Positions 1 to 9,420 are shown, counted from the first letter of the stretch. The stretch: DNA of 64,000 nucleotides from a bacterium (GCA_043761585.1 JAYUNN010000035.1:32706-96705), one strand, 5' to 3'. Made by a program: numbers and translations. Notes: a model not told the origin generated them from the letters alone.

Positions 1-1
1 T

Positions 2-187
2 TTGGAGTTACTTGAAATGCATCTGAGATTTTATAAATCTGATCTGCAGGCTCATAAAAACTACGCTGAACTCAAACGATTTTTTAAAATTTATATCAAC
101 GGCTTTGCGGGGTCGGCAGAATTGAGAGCCAAACTTATGGCTACACAACAAGTCGATCAAGCTTTGGACTTGGTAACAAAATTATAA
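2..187 (+). CDS. 3' end of a tRNA-dihydrouridine synthase (Dus family) gene that begins upstream of the window
   Basis: The frame is open to the left edge. The tail YAELKRFFKIYINGFAGSAELRAKL resembles the C-terminal helical domain of DusB-type enzymes. This is motif-level recognition only. Confidence 0.4.
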   Translation: MELLEMHLRFYKSDLQAHKNYAELKRFFKIYINGFAGSAELRAKLMATQQVDQALDLVTKL

Positions 188-1450
188 AATTTCCAAAATT
201 TTTGAAGTTATTACGATGATCAAACCTAAACCCACCAAGCCAAATTCAATCAAAATATTTCCAAAAGGCTGATAAAACGGTTCATTCTCCCAGCTATTTT
301 CGGTGATTTGAGCTGCGCGCAGTTGACTCGGATATTGCCCAGGGCCGACCCCAAACACTAGCGTCAGAGGTTTTTTCTGCATAAAGGCTATAAGAGTAGC
401 GTGTTGTTTTAGGCGATATAAATCAGAGTTGGAGCGAGTGGCTAGACTAAAAACGAGTAAAACAAACAACAAAATCGGCAAAATGACCACAAAAATTTTA
501 TGATGCAAGGTGAAATCTGAAATATATTTTTTAAAATTCAATGTTTTATCAGCGTCTCGATATTTTAAAAATAAGCTAATAATTCCCCAAATCGTCAAAG
601 CCATAAAAGCCATGCGACTGATTGAAATAGCTATCACAGCTAGGCTAAGTAAAATATTTAACAGTTCAAGGTTGAGTTTATTTTTAGAAAGTCTATTTAG
701 TTTAAAACCAGCGGTACTACTTAAAAAGCCAAATACACCCAAAAATCCTAAAATATTGGGATGCGGCATCAAACCATAGCCGCGTAGCACAATTTGACCT
801 GAAAATGGTATGATTTGCTTGGCAATTCCGGCAGTTGAGCTCAAGCTTAGATTTGGCTCACCCAACCAACCAAGCCCCAGGCTTCGAGCCACCACCACTT
901 GATAAATTGCTAGAGCTAGATTTACACTCAAAATAACTAAAATGGTAAGAGATTCCCACTTTTTGGTTACTTTGAGCCTATCGAAATCCTGAGCAAAAAC
1001 TCCCAGTAGTGCGAAGATAGCTGCTGCGACTGTACTACTAACTAAAATATGATCGAAACAAAAGTAAGGCAATAGAATTAGCAGCCATTTTGGTTTGTAT
1101 TTATAGCACAAACTAACCGAAAGCATCAAGGCTAAAATTGTTAAAAATCCCGTTTTGAAAATATATAACTTACCTAAGTTGTTAAAAATCCAGTATAAAA
1201 TCAAACTCAAACCCAAAATAGCAAAAGCTAAGCTTGGTTTTAAGTCAAAATTTTTAACTTTTGTTTTTTTTAAAATTGAGAGCAGAAAACTGCACAAAAC
1301 TAAAATAAGCCCTAGATCAGCCAATCTAAAAATCAACCCAAAAAACTCACCATCACGATTAAGGCCGAGTAAATGCAAGCCCACATCAAAAGACTTGATG
1401 TAAATCAAACCAAAAAACAGAAAAATCTTACTCAGTTTTGGCAGTTTCAT
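182..1450 (-). CDS. polytopic membrane protein, possibly O-antigen ligase/Wzy-like
   Basis: A 422-aa ORF with about 10-12 hydrophobic segments and a large loop. It overlaps the pgl stop by 23 nt. The family assignment is weak. Confidence 0.45.
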   Translation of the reverse strand: MKLPKLSKIFLFFGLIYIKSFDVGLHLLGLNRDGEFFGLIFRLADLGLILVLCSFLLSILKKTKVKNFDLKPSLAFAILGLSLILYWIFNNLGKLYIFKTGFLTILALMLSVSLCYKYKPKWLLILLPYFCFDHILVSSTVAAAIFALLGVFAQDFDRLKVTKKWESLTILVILSVNLALAIYQVVVARSLGLGWLGEPNLSLSSTAGIAKQIIPFSGQIVLRGYGLMPHPNILGFLGVFGFLSSTAGFKLNRLSKNKLNLELLNILLSLAVIAISISRMAFMALTIWGIISLFLKYRDADKTLNFKKYISDFTLHHKIFVVILPILLFVLLVFSLATRSNSDLYRLKQHATLIAFMQKKPLTLVFGVGPGQYPSQLRAAQITENSWENEPFYQPFGNILIEFGLVGLGLIIVITSKILEIL

Positions 1451-2156
1451 TTAGCACAAAAATAGTAGTGTTTTGGTGATCATCGATGATTTTGCGAATA
1501 GGGAAATCGAAATAATCGCCTGTTTCGCTAAGTGCTTTTTCCAAAGTGATTACCTTGTCAGCGCCATTTAAAGTCACATAAATATCATCGCTGGCGAGCA
1601 AGGCTTTATAGGTCAGAGTTAGGCGCTCTTTTGGAGTGCCGGTAGTGTTTAGACTAAAAGTAGCTAAATTTTGAGTGTCATGTAGCGTGGCTGCGTCTCT
1701 TGGAAACAGTGAAGCAGTATGGCCGTCGTTACCCATACCTAAAACCACCAAATCAAATAAAAAATCACTATCTTCGTCTTCGTCATCCATAATTGACTCT
1801 AGATTTTGATTGTAAATTTGTGAACATTCCTGAATCGGTAAATCAGTATTCCAAGTCTGGAAACCATGCACAAAAGTTAGATTTGCACCAAAGATATCAG
1901 CGATTAATTTGTGATTTGAAAGCTGATCAGTGCTAGGTACGTAGCGCTCGTCGACTAAATATATCTCTAGTCTATCCCAGGGAATTACCTGACTCTGAGC
2001 TAGTTTTTCATAGATTGGGATTGGAGTTTTACCGCCTGAAAGAGCGATTCTAGCCAGGCCATTTCGATCATAGGCATCCAAGATTTTTTCCTCAATTAAA
2101 TACGCGATTTCAGTTATAAAATCATCGGTGTGTGTAAATTTAAGTAGTTTAGACAT
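1428..2156 (-). CDS. pgl: 6-phosphogluconolactonase
   Basis: Motifs ALSGGKTPIPIY, LVDERYVP and LGMGNDGHTASLFP are typical of the SOL/DevB lactonase family. Confidence 0.8.
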   Translation of the reverse strand: MSKLLKFTHTDDFITEIAYLIEEKILDAYDRNGLARIALSGGKTPIPIYEKLAQSQVIPWDRLEIYLVDERYVPSTDQLSNHKLIADIFGANLTFVHGFQTWNTDLPIQECSQIYNQNLESIMDDEDEDSDFLFDLVVLGMGNDGHTASLFPRDAATLHDTQNLATFSLNTTGTPKERLTLTYKALLASDDIYVTLNGADKVITLEKALSETGDYFDFPIRKIIDDHQNTTIFVLNETAKTE

Positions 2157-2261
2157 AATGTAATTTTTTTAAAGTTGATCCAGATTTTAGCTTATTTTAC
2201 GATCGATTTTCACCTTAATCAGTGAATATTTTAAATTTAACTGTCATCAAAGGCTATTTTC

Positions 2262-2720
2262 TTAGTGTTTCCCAATTGATGGTTCTCGAGTATAAATAGC
2301 AGCATCTAAATGACTGCTCCAATTAATTTGAGTCTGGATCTGATTTAAATTTTGGTCAAGATAATCGCGGCTATCGACATCATCTTGAAAATCTAGATAT
2401 TTTGCAAGTCTTATATTTTTTTCGGTCTCAAACAAAGCCAAACTATTTAGCCAAATACTGATCACTCGAGCGTCAGTAAAACCAGCTTTCTGCCCTAAAA
2501 TAAAAATAATAGCCAGATTTTGATGATTATTTAAATGTGGCCAAATTGTATCTGACCAGATTTCTTGAAATTTTTTAAAAAGTTCTAAAATAATTTTTTC
2601 ATCAGCTTTAGAGTTAGTTTTAGAGTCAAAAATTGATTTAAGTTCACGATTTTGGTAGCTAAAAACCTCTAAGTTGCGATTTAGTTTGATGATTAAGGTG
2701 CCTAATTGTTCGGTGTCCAT
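2262..2720 (-). CDS. hypothetical protein with weak resemblance to the TsaB/YeaZ N-terminal domain
   Basis: A 152-aa ORF whose start is 4 nt after the jag stop. The segment ILGQKAGFTDARVISIWLNSLAL loosely resembles the GPGSFTGxRIG region of TsaB. Confidence 0.45.
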   Translation of the reverse strand: MDTEQLGTLIIKLNRNLEVFSYQNRELKSIFDSKTNSKADEKIILELFKKFQEIWSDTIWPHLNNHQNLAIIFILGQKAGFTDARVISIWLNSLALFETEKNIRLAKYLDFQDDVDSRDYLDQNLNQIQTQINWSSHLDAAIYTREPSIGKH

Positions 2721-2723
2721 ATT

Positions 2724-3287
2724 TTAAAGGCTAGTATTTTGAGATCGAAAGACTTGTTCATATTTTTCAATATCAATTACTTTAGCATCTTCGATACCCC
2801 TGGTGGCGCTACCTGTAGTTGGTCTGACGATCATGCGTCTGTTACTACCTTCGCCGATACTACTACTTTCCAGACCTTTATAATCCACCAGTGAATTGTG
2901 GATCAATCGGCGCTCATATGAATTCAAGCCTTTGATAATGATTTGTGCACCGTCTTGCAAAACCTCTTTATATGCCATCTCTCGGATCATCTTGGCTATA
3001 AATCGCTCTCGACGCGTACGATATCCAGCGACATCAAGTATAAAATGTGTGCGGTTTTCAGGGTAACGAGTGTGAAAAAGTGTTCTTAAAATGTGCTGAA
3101 TTGCCAATAAATTTTCGCCCTGATCACCAATCAAAGTTTCATTGTCATCACTCTCGAGTCCAATTCGCCACTGCTGCCCCTCAGATTCAAAATTTGCCGT
3201 GAGGTTTTGGGTTAGTCCGCGAGTTACGTTTTCCAATAATTCAATGATTTCAGTTTTATACTTGATAAAGTCGGATATTTCAGACAT
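2724..3287 (-). CDS. jag: Jag/KhpB-type RNA-binding protein (KH plus R3H)
   Basis: The C-terminal R3H signature is YERRLIHNSLVDYKGLESSSIGEGSNRRMIVRP, preceded by a KH-like region. Confidence 0.75.
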   Translation of the reverse strand: MSEISDFIKYKTEIIELLENVTRGLTQNLTANFESEGQQWRIGLESDDNETLIGDQGENLLAIQHILRTLFHTRYPENRTHFILDVAGYRTRRERFIAKMIREMAYKEVLQDGAQIIIKGLNSYERRLIHNSLVDYKGLESSSIGEGSNRRMIVRPTTGSATRGIEDAKVIDIEKYEQVFRSQNTSL

Positions 3288-3407
3288 AGATTATTGTTTA
3301 CGGATTTAATCCATTAAATAATAGTTATGTTGTTTAATTTGGTCAAACACCTTGGTTTTGTCAAACTAGAATTAACTTTAAGGTTGATTTTATAAAATTA
3401 GCTCAAT

Positions 3408-3430
3408 AAAAAGTCCCGCTTTAAGCGGGA
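3408..3430 (-). terminator. rho-independent terminator of the FKBP gene
   Basis: Stem tcccgct/agcggga (7 bp, 3-nt loop), followed on the minus strand by a T5 run. Confidence 0.6.
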
Positions 3431-3501
3431 AATTAATTGGGTTTAAGAGTGCATTAAATCTTAAATATCAAGAAATAAATATCCTGAAATAACTGATAGT
3501 T

Positions 3502-4086
3502 TTATTTTGTATGCTCTGTGGCTAGCAACTCTAACTCAAATATTAAAGTAGCATTTGGTGGAATGGCAGAACCCGCACCTCTAGCACCATAACCAAGCTC
3601 AGATGGGATAGTCAGCGTTCGTTTGCCGCCGACTTTCATACCGATTATACCTTCTTCCCAGCCTTGGATGACTTGACCGATACCGATTTTGGTCGTAAAT
3701 GGTTGACCTTTAGGGATAGAACTGTCAAAAACTGTGCCATCGGTAAGCATACCGGTATAATGGATTGTGACTGTGTCAAGGTTCTGAACCTCTTCACCAG
3801 TGCCTTTTAAGGTGTCATCGATAATTAAGCCATTTGGCATAGTAATTGCATTTGCTGAAGGGGGAGTTGGAGTCATAGATTTTGAGTTAGTTGGGTTGGT
3901 AGATTGGGTTGATTTTGATTCAGCTGTTGTTTTAGGCTTGGTTTCACTACTACCTTCATTGGCGACTTGAGTCGTGTTTTGAGTAGTACTAGAATCTTTC
4001 GGTTGATTGATCACAGCGTACACTAGTCCAGAAACTAGCACTAAACCAGTAATGACACTAATAATAATCGTGGGGGTTAGTTTCAT
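3502..4086 (-). CDS. membrane-anchored FKBP-type peptidyl-prolyl cis-trans isomerase
   Basis: An N-terminal TM and a low-complexity linker are followed by the FKBP core TIHYTGMLTDGTVFDSS...GIGQVIQGWEEGIIGMKVGGKRTLTIPSELGYG. Confidence 0.9.
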   Translation of the reverse strand: MKLTPTIIISVITGLVLVSGLVYAVINQPKDSSTTQNTTQVANEGSSETKPKTTAESKSTQSTNPTNSKSMTPTPPSANAITMPNGLIIDDTLKGTGEEVQNLDTVTIHYTGMLTDGTVFDSSIPKGQPFTTKIGIGQVIQGWEEGIIGMKVGGKRTLTIPSELGYGARGAGSAIPPNATLIFELELLATEHTK

Positions 4087-4327
4087 AAAAAATCGGAAGT
4101 TGCATTTATAAAAAAACCATTACTGGGTTAGTTTGTCAAATTTTGCAATTTAAAATGGCTAAAATAGCACAAAAATAGGCTTTCTGGCTTTACAAGAATG
4201 ATGCTGCTAGATAAAAATTGCCCCAGTAAAAAACCCAAAACAACTCCTCTAAATCACCTAAATATTATTGATGTAAACCATGCCACCGACTTGACAGCAT
4301 TGAATTAGCTACCTAAAATTTAGGGAT

Positions 4328-5788
4328 ATGCTGGTCAAAATCAAGGGTGCAACAATCAAAACTCTTAAAAAATTTTTAACCCCAGAAACTTTACGGCGGT
4401 TTCGACCTTTCTATCATGGTCTAAGAGCCCTAACAGCCTCCACAGTGTACGGAAACCCAGGTAAAAAACTAAAACTAATTGGTATCACTGGCACCAAAGG
4501 CAAAACTACCACTACGGTTTTCTTAGGTCGACTTTTAAATCTTTCTGGCTATAAAACCGGCTATATCTCCTCAGCCATAGTCAACCAAGGCGACTTCGAG
4601 CTCGGTAAATTTAATTCAGGTTTCACATCTAGCGGCGAGACCTTAAATAAATTTAAAATGAGTACTGCTGATACTTGGGAAATGCAAAAAACCTTGGCTC
4701 AAATGCTCCAAAATGGCTGCGAGTATGCGGTTATCGAGATGACTAGCCAAGGTCTTGAGTCGAATCGACACCTTGGATTAGGCGGCTTTAACGCCACTAT
4801 TTTTTTAAATATGTTTCCCGAGCATCTCGACGCGCACGGTGGGCTGGAAAATTATAAAAAAGCCAAAGCAGTTTTACCTCAAAATACTCGCTTAAATGGT
4901 ATTTTTATTTCCGATTTAGAGGCTGATCACCTAGACTACATGCTCAAATCGATTGAGGATCGCCGAGATTTAAAGCGAGTTTTAATAGATTTCAATAATT
5001 CTAGTAAAACTATAGCCGATCTCAAAGAATTTAACTTCAACGAACTCGAAAAATTTAAGATTGAACAAAATCTCAAAAGTTATCAGATTTTAAATTATCA
5101 GGGTAAAAAAGCCGAAACCAATTTTTTAGCTAGATTTGATGCTCTAAATCTAGGCTTTGCTTGGGTGACTATGCTCCAACTTGGGTTGAAACCAGATTTA
5201 CTAAAGCTATCTCAAGTCTGGGGTGTACCAGGGCGCATGGAGTGGGTAGTGCGAAACGGTCAAAAAATCTATCAAAGCCAACACCGAAGTAGTAAAATTT
5301 TGAAAATTAATCCAGGTTTGTCGATTATGGTTGACTATGCTCACGAAACCGAGAGCCTAAGACAGCTGCTGGAAACCTTGAATAAGCTCAAACTAAATAA
5401 AGACTTTGATAAAATCGTGCATGTTTTCTCAGTGACTGGTAGTGGCCGAGATATTTGGAAGCGACCTCAAATGGCTAGGGTTACAGCTCAAATCAGTGAT
5501 TTGATAGTCTATACTAGCGAAGATCACGACGCTCAAGACGATTTAAATATTATTGAAACTGAGGTTTTAGAGTTTTTACGACAAAATCGGGCTAAAAAAG
5601 TAATCACGGAACCAGATAGGCTTAAGGCTTTAAAACTGGCCGTATCACAAGCCGAAATTGACTTTCCAAATCAAAAAGTTTTGATCGTCTCAACTGCTAT
5701 GGGCAGCCAGCAAGGCATGCAAACTGCGGCTGGAATAATAGAATGGGATGAGCGAGAAAAATGGCTCGAAGCACTGGAGTCAAATTAG
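4328..5788 (+). CDS. murE: Mur ligase, MurE-like (UDP-MurNAc-L-Ala-D-Glu:diamino acid ligase), short N-terminus
   Basis: P-loop IGITGTKGKTTT, the DYAHE motif, and a C-terminal TSEDHD region at the position of the MurE DNPR motif. Confidence 0.7.
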   Translation: MLVKIKGATIKTLKKFLTPETLRRFRPFYHGLRALTASTVYGNPGKKLKLIGITGTKGKTTTTVFLGRLLNLSGYKTGYISSAIVNQGDFELGKFNSGFTSSGETLNKFKMSTADTWEMQKTLAQMLQNGCEYAVIEMTSQGLESNRHLGLGGFNATIFLNMFPEHLDAHGGLENYKKAKAVLPQNTRLNGIFISDLEADHLDYMLKSIEDRRDLKRVLIDFNNSSKTIADLKEFNFNELEKFKIEQNLKSYQILNYQGKKAETNFLARFDALNLGFAWVTMLQLGLKPDLLKLSQVWGVPGRMEWVVRNGQKIYQSQHRSSKILKINPGLSIMVDYAHETESLRQLLETLNKLKLNKDFDKIVHVFSVTGSGRDIWKRPQMARVTAQISDLIVYTSEDHDAQDDLNIIETEVLEFLRQNRAKKVITEPDRLKALKLAVSQAEIDFPNQKVLIVSTAMGSQQGMQTAAGIIEWDEREKWLEALESN

Positions 5789-6581
5789 TCAAACTAAACT
5801 TATATAGACGTGTAGTTGCGGGCATACGCTTTTATAAAAGTATTTAGGTAAAAACTAAAAATGGCGGCATATCTCGCGGCACAACTACAATCAAACTACG
5901 GGCAAAGTAAAAGCCTGGTTATTTGATAACTCGTTTGCCTCAGTTGAGTTTTTGGCATTGATTTATATTTGAATTTTCAACCAAGTCTCGTCTAAAATTA
6001 ACAATATACTTTGCCTTGGGTTTTGCTTACGTCAGGATCACCACCTCGGGTTTAGAGAGTACTAGCTATTTACATTCCTAGCGGCCCAATTTGCGGCCCT
6101 ATCCTCCAAAAATTTACTCAGCTTGGAAAGCTTATACTTCCACTGCTTTTTAGCAAACACAGATTTCGACACTTTTAAATTTGCAATGACTGTAGACATT
6201 AATTTTACCATTTTATATATTTTCTTCCCCTAGCATATAATTTTAAACAATTTGTGATTTATACATTAGAATATTTGGAATTAATCTTATTTGTATCATC
6301 AGTATTTTGGGTTTTTTTTGTGCTGGATGTATTGCTTTTTGCCTAAGTTATGACTAAAGTAGCAATTTAGCATTAAATCGATTTACACCTTTGCAAATAT
6401 CTTTTCAGGCAAAACGCTTCCTTTGTATTTACCGATGCAGATTTATCTTGAAAATTTATTAGCATAGAGACTTTATATGTGTTTCTAGAAAGTTTGAATT
6501 GGTGCATTTCTGTACACATCCTAGCGTTAAAACTAGCTAGATTTGGTTTAGAGTGAAATGAAATATTGGACTTTAGAAATA

Positions 6582-6705
6582 TTATTATGGAAGAGGGTAA
6601 ATACCCCGAAGCTTGCTTCGCACTCTTTTCATAACAAGCTTGGCGAACGAAGTGAGCTTTTCCGTTAGGAATACCTAGTAGCTTGCTGCGAGGAAGCTTA
6701 TTTTT
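6582..6705 (+). repeat. copy 1 of a ~124-bp structured repeat (partner at 47445..47569)
   Basis: About 85-90% identical by eye to 47445..47569, in the same orientation. It contains the hairpin gggtaaataccc and a 13-bp stem (6608-6620 with 6648-6660) that includes three G:U pairs when read on the plus strand. Confidence 0.8.
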
Positions 6706-7222
6706 GCATATTAGCACCAAACCAAAACACACCGACTGGACCTAAATGCCACAAAAGTCCGTGCAAAATAATCCAAGTGTTAGCACTGAAAGCTTCTCCC
6801 GTACCTGTAAAAGAGTCAGCGTAACCTCCGAAGAGCTGAACCGCAAACTTTGGAAAGAAAGTTGGCATGGGTTGCTCAGTAAAAACTCGATTGAAAACAT
6901 ACAAATACATACCGATTATCAAAAATCCCAGCAGCATTCGTTCAGGTCCGCCACCACCATCTTTGTCGATATTTATCGATAGATTGTCTACAAAAAATTG
7001 TTTAATTATTAGAGTTATCAAAAAACATGTCATGAATAAAACTATCCAAATTCCGTTACTATCAGTTATTTGCACGCCAGCTAAACCTAGCATCCTAATT
7101 CCAAATTCAGCAATCCAAATAATTATGCTATGTAGCGGCTGGAATACAAAAAATGAGATCAAAATGGCAACATACCAAGCTGATAAATTTTTTCGTCCAG
7201 CTTGAAAATGATCAAAAGGCAT
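6698..7222 (-). CDS. hypothetical integral membrane protein
   Basis: A 174-aa ORF with about 5 hydrophobic helices and no recognisable motif. Its stop codon lies inside the end of the 124-bp repeat. Confidence 0.5.
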   Translation of the reverse strand: MPFDHFQAGRKNLSAWYVAILISFFVFQPLHSIIIWIAEFGIRMLGLAGVQITDSNGIWIVLFMTCFLITLIIKQFFVDNLSINIDKDGGGGPERMLLGFLIIGMYLYVFNRVFTEQPMPTFFPKFAVQLFGGYADSFTGTGEAFSANTWIILHGLLWHLGPVGVFWFGANMQK

Positions 7223-7307
7223 AACTTAAAATATAGGTAAAATTCAAATTTATTACAATATGATCTAAAACATCATCAAATAGCCTCAAACGACACTTTT
7301 TAAAAAT

Positions 7308-8294
7308 TTATTTTTTATTTTTCTTTAATTTAAAGAATTTAGAATTTCTTTGATTTTTAGAGTTAGGCTTTTTATTTGATTCTGGTGTTTTGAAAGGTTT
7401 AACGTCTGTAGCTTGGACTTCGATGATATCACTATTTTCGAGGCTCTCAGGCTTGGTATTTATGTTTGGGTTTTCACTCGGGACTATTTCTTCGTCAATT
7501 AAAATAGGTGCTGAGTCCAATCGATGGTTTCGCGCTAAAATAAACTGTTGAATAAAACTAAAAACAGTACCGCCTAAAAAGTAAATATTCAAACCTGCAG
7601 GGAACTGTAAATTGATGACAAAACTCACCACAGGCATAAAATATGTCATCTGAAACTGCAAAGTTTTATTGAACATTTCAGGATCCATGAGTGATTCTGA
7701 GTCACTATCTTTTGTTTTCTCTTTAACTGGACCTTTTTGAGCGTCAGTTGGAAAAATATACTTTGTCATCAAAAAAGTAAAAATCAAAGTCAAGACGGAC
7801 AAAAAAGTCACAATCCAACCTTTGTCCTGAATCGGAATAAACCCAAAAGCTATATTACTAATTTGAAGCTGGTGATCGCCGTACAAAAATGGGTACAAAC
7901 CCACTAATTCCTCACCTTTATTTACTTTTTCAATCAATCTAAACAGCGCAAAATAAATCGGTAACTGTAAAAGAATGATCAGTCCCGATAAACTAGCTTT
8001 GATATTATATTTGGCATAAAGTTTTTTTAAAGCTTCTTGTTGCTTGACTATATCGCCTTTATAAACCTTTTGGATTTGCTTTATTAGTGGCTGGATTTGT
8101 CGAGTTTTTTGACCTGTAATATAGCTACTACGAATAAACGGCCACATAATAGCTCGGATCAAAAACGCCATAAAAATGGTCGCTAGTCCGACATCCCGAG
8201 AAATAAGATAAATTCCGTAAAATACATTTAAACTAGGCTGATAAAAGACAAGGTCGAAAAAGTTCATAAATTTTAGAGTATCAGAGATAGTCAA
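7308..8294 (-). CDS. yidC: membrane protein insertase YidC (short Gram-positive type) with a basic C-terminal tail
   Basis: The segment AFLIRAIMWPFIRSSYITGQKTRQIQPLIKQIQKVYKGD...LYAKYNI matches the YidC/Oxa1 core, and the tail is Lys-rich. Confidence 0.85.
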   Translation of the reverse strand: MTISDTLKFMNFFDLVFYQPSLNVFYGIYLISRDVGLATIFMAFLIRAIMWPFIRSSYITGQKTRQIQPLIKQIQKVYKGDIVKQQEALKKLYAKYNIKASLSGLIILLQLPIYFALFRLIEKVNKGEELVGLYPFLYGDHQLQISNIAFGFIPIQDKGWIVTFLSVLTLIFTFLMTKYIFPTDAQKGPVKEKTKDSDSESLMDPEMFNKTLQFQMTYFMPVVSFVINLQFPAGLNIYFLGGTVFSFIQQFILARNHRLDSAPILIDEEIVPSENPNINTKPESLENSDIIEVQATDVKPFKTPESNKKPNSKNQRNSKFFKLKKNKK

Positions 8295-8382
8295 ATAGAT
8301 ACGGGGCAGTTTGTCAAAAAACTAGTAATTAGCTACGCTAGCATAAATCACAACTAAGATCAACCCTAATCATAAATTTACT

Positions 8383-8913
8383 ATGAATCCAAAATTTTTA
8401 CCTATAATTACAATATTGGCTTTTACCGCATTGGGTGGCTGTGCTGTTTTGGGAGCACTCTGGTCGGTAGATCATGAAAAACTCCAAGCTGAAAATCAAC
8501 GCCTGCAGACTTTGGCGATTCAAGAACGTGACTACAAATCTCAGCTTCAAGAACTGCTCGACAACAATCTAAACTCATCCTCTGAGCTAGTCCAAGCCAC
8601 TGACACCTTGATCAAAGAAGTCAAAAGCTTGTCAACTCAGGTAAAAGGTAGTTTCAGGGTTTTAAATGGTAATGTGGAGCTACTGCCTGGAGTAAACGCT
8701 AAACTGTTAGAAAACACCCAGGCTCAAGTCGAAATTGAAATAGACAATACCGATGCCAAAATTACCTCATCTATCAAGCAAAAAGACAGTATTAACAATC
8801 GAGTCAACGCAATTTTTAGTGGCAGTGATCAAAATCAGCAGAACCGAGCCGATCCTCGAGAAGGAGTCCGTAGTCCTAGTCAGCTAAACAGCACGGACTC
8901 TAATAAAAAATAA
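8383..8913 (+). CDS. hypothetical membrane-anchored coiled-coil protein
   Basis: The N-terminal hydrophobic segment PIITILAFTALGGCAVLGAL is followed by a Q/E/L-rich helical region. Confidence 0.5.
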   Translation: MNPKFLPIITILAFTALGGCAVLGALWSVDHEKLQAENQRLQTLAIQERDYKSQLQELLDNNLNSSSELVQATDTLIKEVKSLSTQVKGSFRVLNGNVELLPGVNAKLLENTQAQVEIEIDNTDAKITSSIKQKDSINNRVNAIFSGSDQNQQNRADPREGVRSPSQLNSTDSNKK

Positions 8914-9267
8914 TAAACAGACAATATTTTGCAGCTTAGATCTACAGGCCTAAAAATAAAATAAAACGCATGAAGTAGTCGAAAATAAGTAGTTGTAAAA
9001 ACTAGTATTTAAGATTAACTTCCTGCATTTCTAAGCTCGACTTGTTTATTGACGCAAAAAACGCAGTTTGTCAAGTGTCGTGTGGTATAAATACTTGACA
9101 ATGGCATTTTGGTTGGCTGGATGACCTTATATTCTAAATATTTACTGATTAAGACAGAAAAAAGATAAGCGTGAGATTTTTGTTTCGTGGAAACATTGGC
9201 TTAAATCCAAATAGCAAAACTCCTAAAACATTAAAGCAAAATACTTTCATCAAAAGTCAAAGCTTTT

Positions 9268-9420
9268 TATTTTCCACTTTGCCTTAGCATTTGGACTTCT
9301 TAGCTGCGCAAAACCTTTCACCGCAAGCAAAGCTAAACTTTTTATTATTTCAAGACTCAGATCGCATACTCTGCCATTCCAAGTAAGGTGTTTTTGGAGA
9401 AAGAAGTGGAGAAAGTGGGC
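9268..9420 (+). repeat. intergenic element family X, copy
   Basis: Shares ordered blocks with the other X copies: ttccactttgccttagcatttggact, caagcaaagc, atttcaagactcagatcgc and aagtaaggtgtttttgg, then a purine-rich tail. Terminal pairing is tccacttt with aaagtgg. Confidence 0.6.

Noticed and set aside
6040-6060. ggatcaccacctcgg, which resembles the 3' end of 16S rRNA (gatcacctcctt).
   Set aside because: It is an isolated short match with no surrounding rRNA-like sequence.
6373-6732. A 119-aa minus-strand ORF.
   Set aside because: It overlaps the 124-bp structured repeat and the 3' end of the neighbouring gene. Its composition is junk-like, and the second repeat copy has no equivalent ORF.
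9050-9110. Possible divergent promoters or a palindrome (ttgacgcaaaaaacgcagtttgtcaa, with tggtataaat) upstream of the X copy at 9268.
   Set aside because: The spacing between the -35-like and -10-like boxes is not canonical on either strand, so I cannot support a promoter call.
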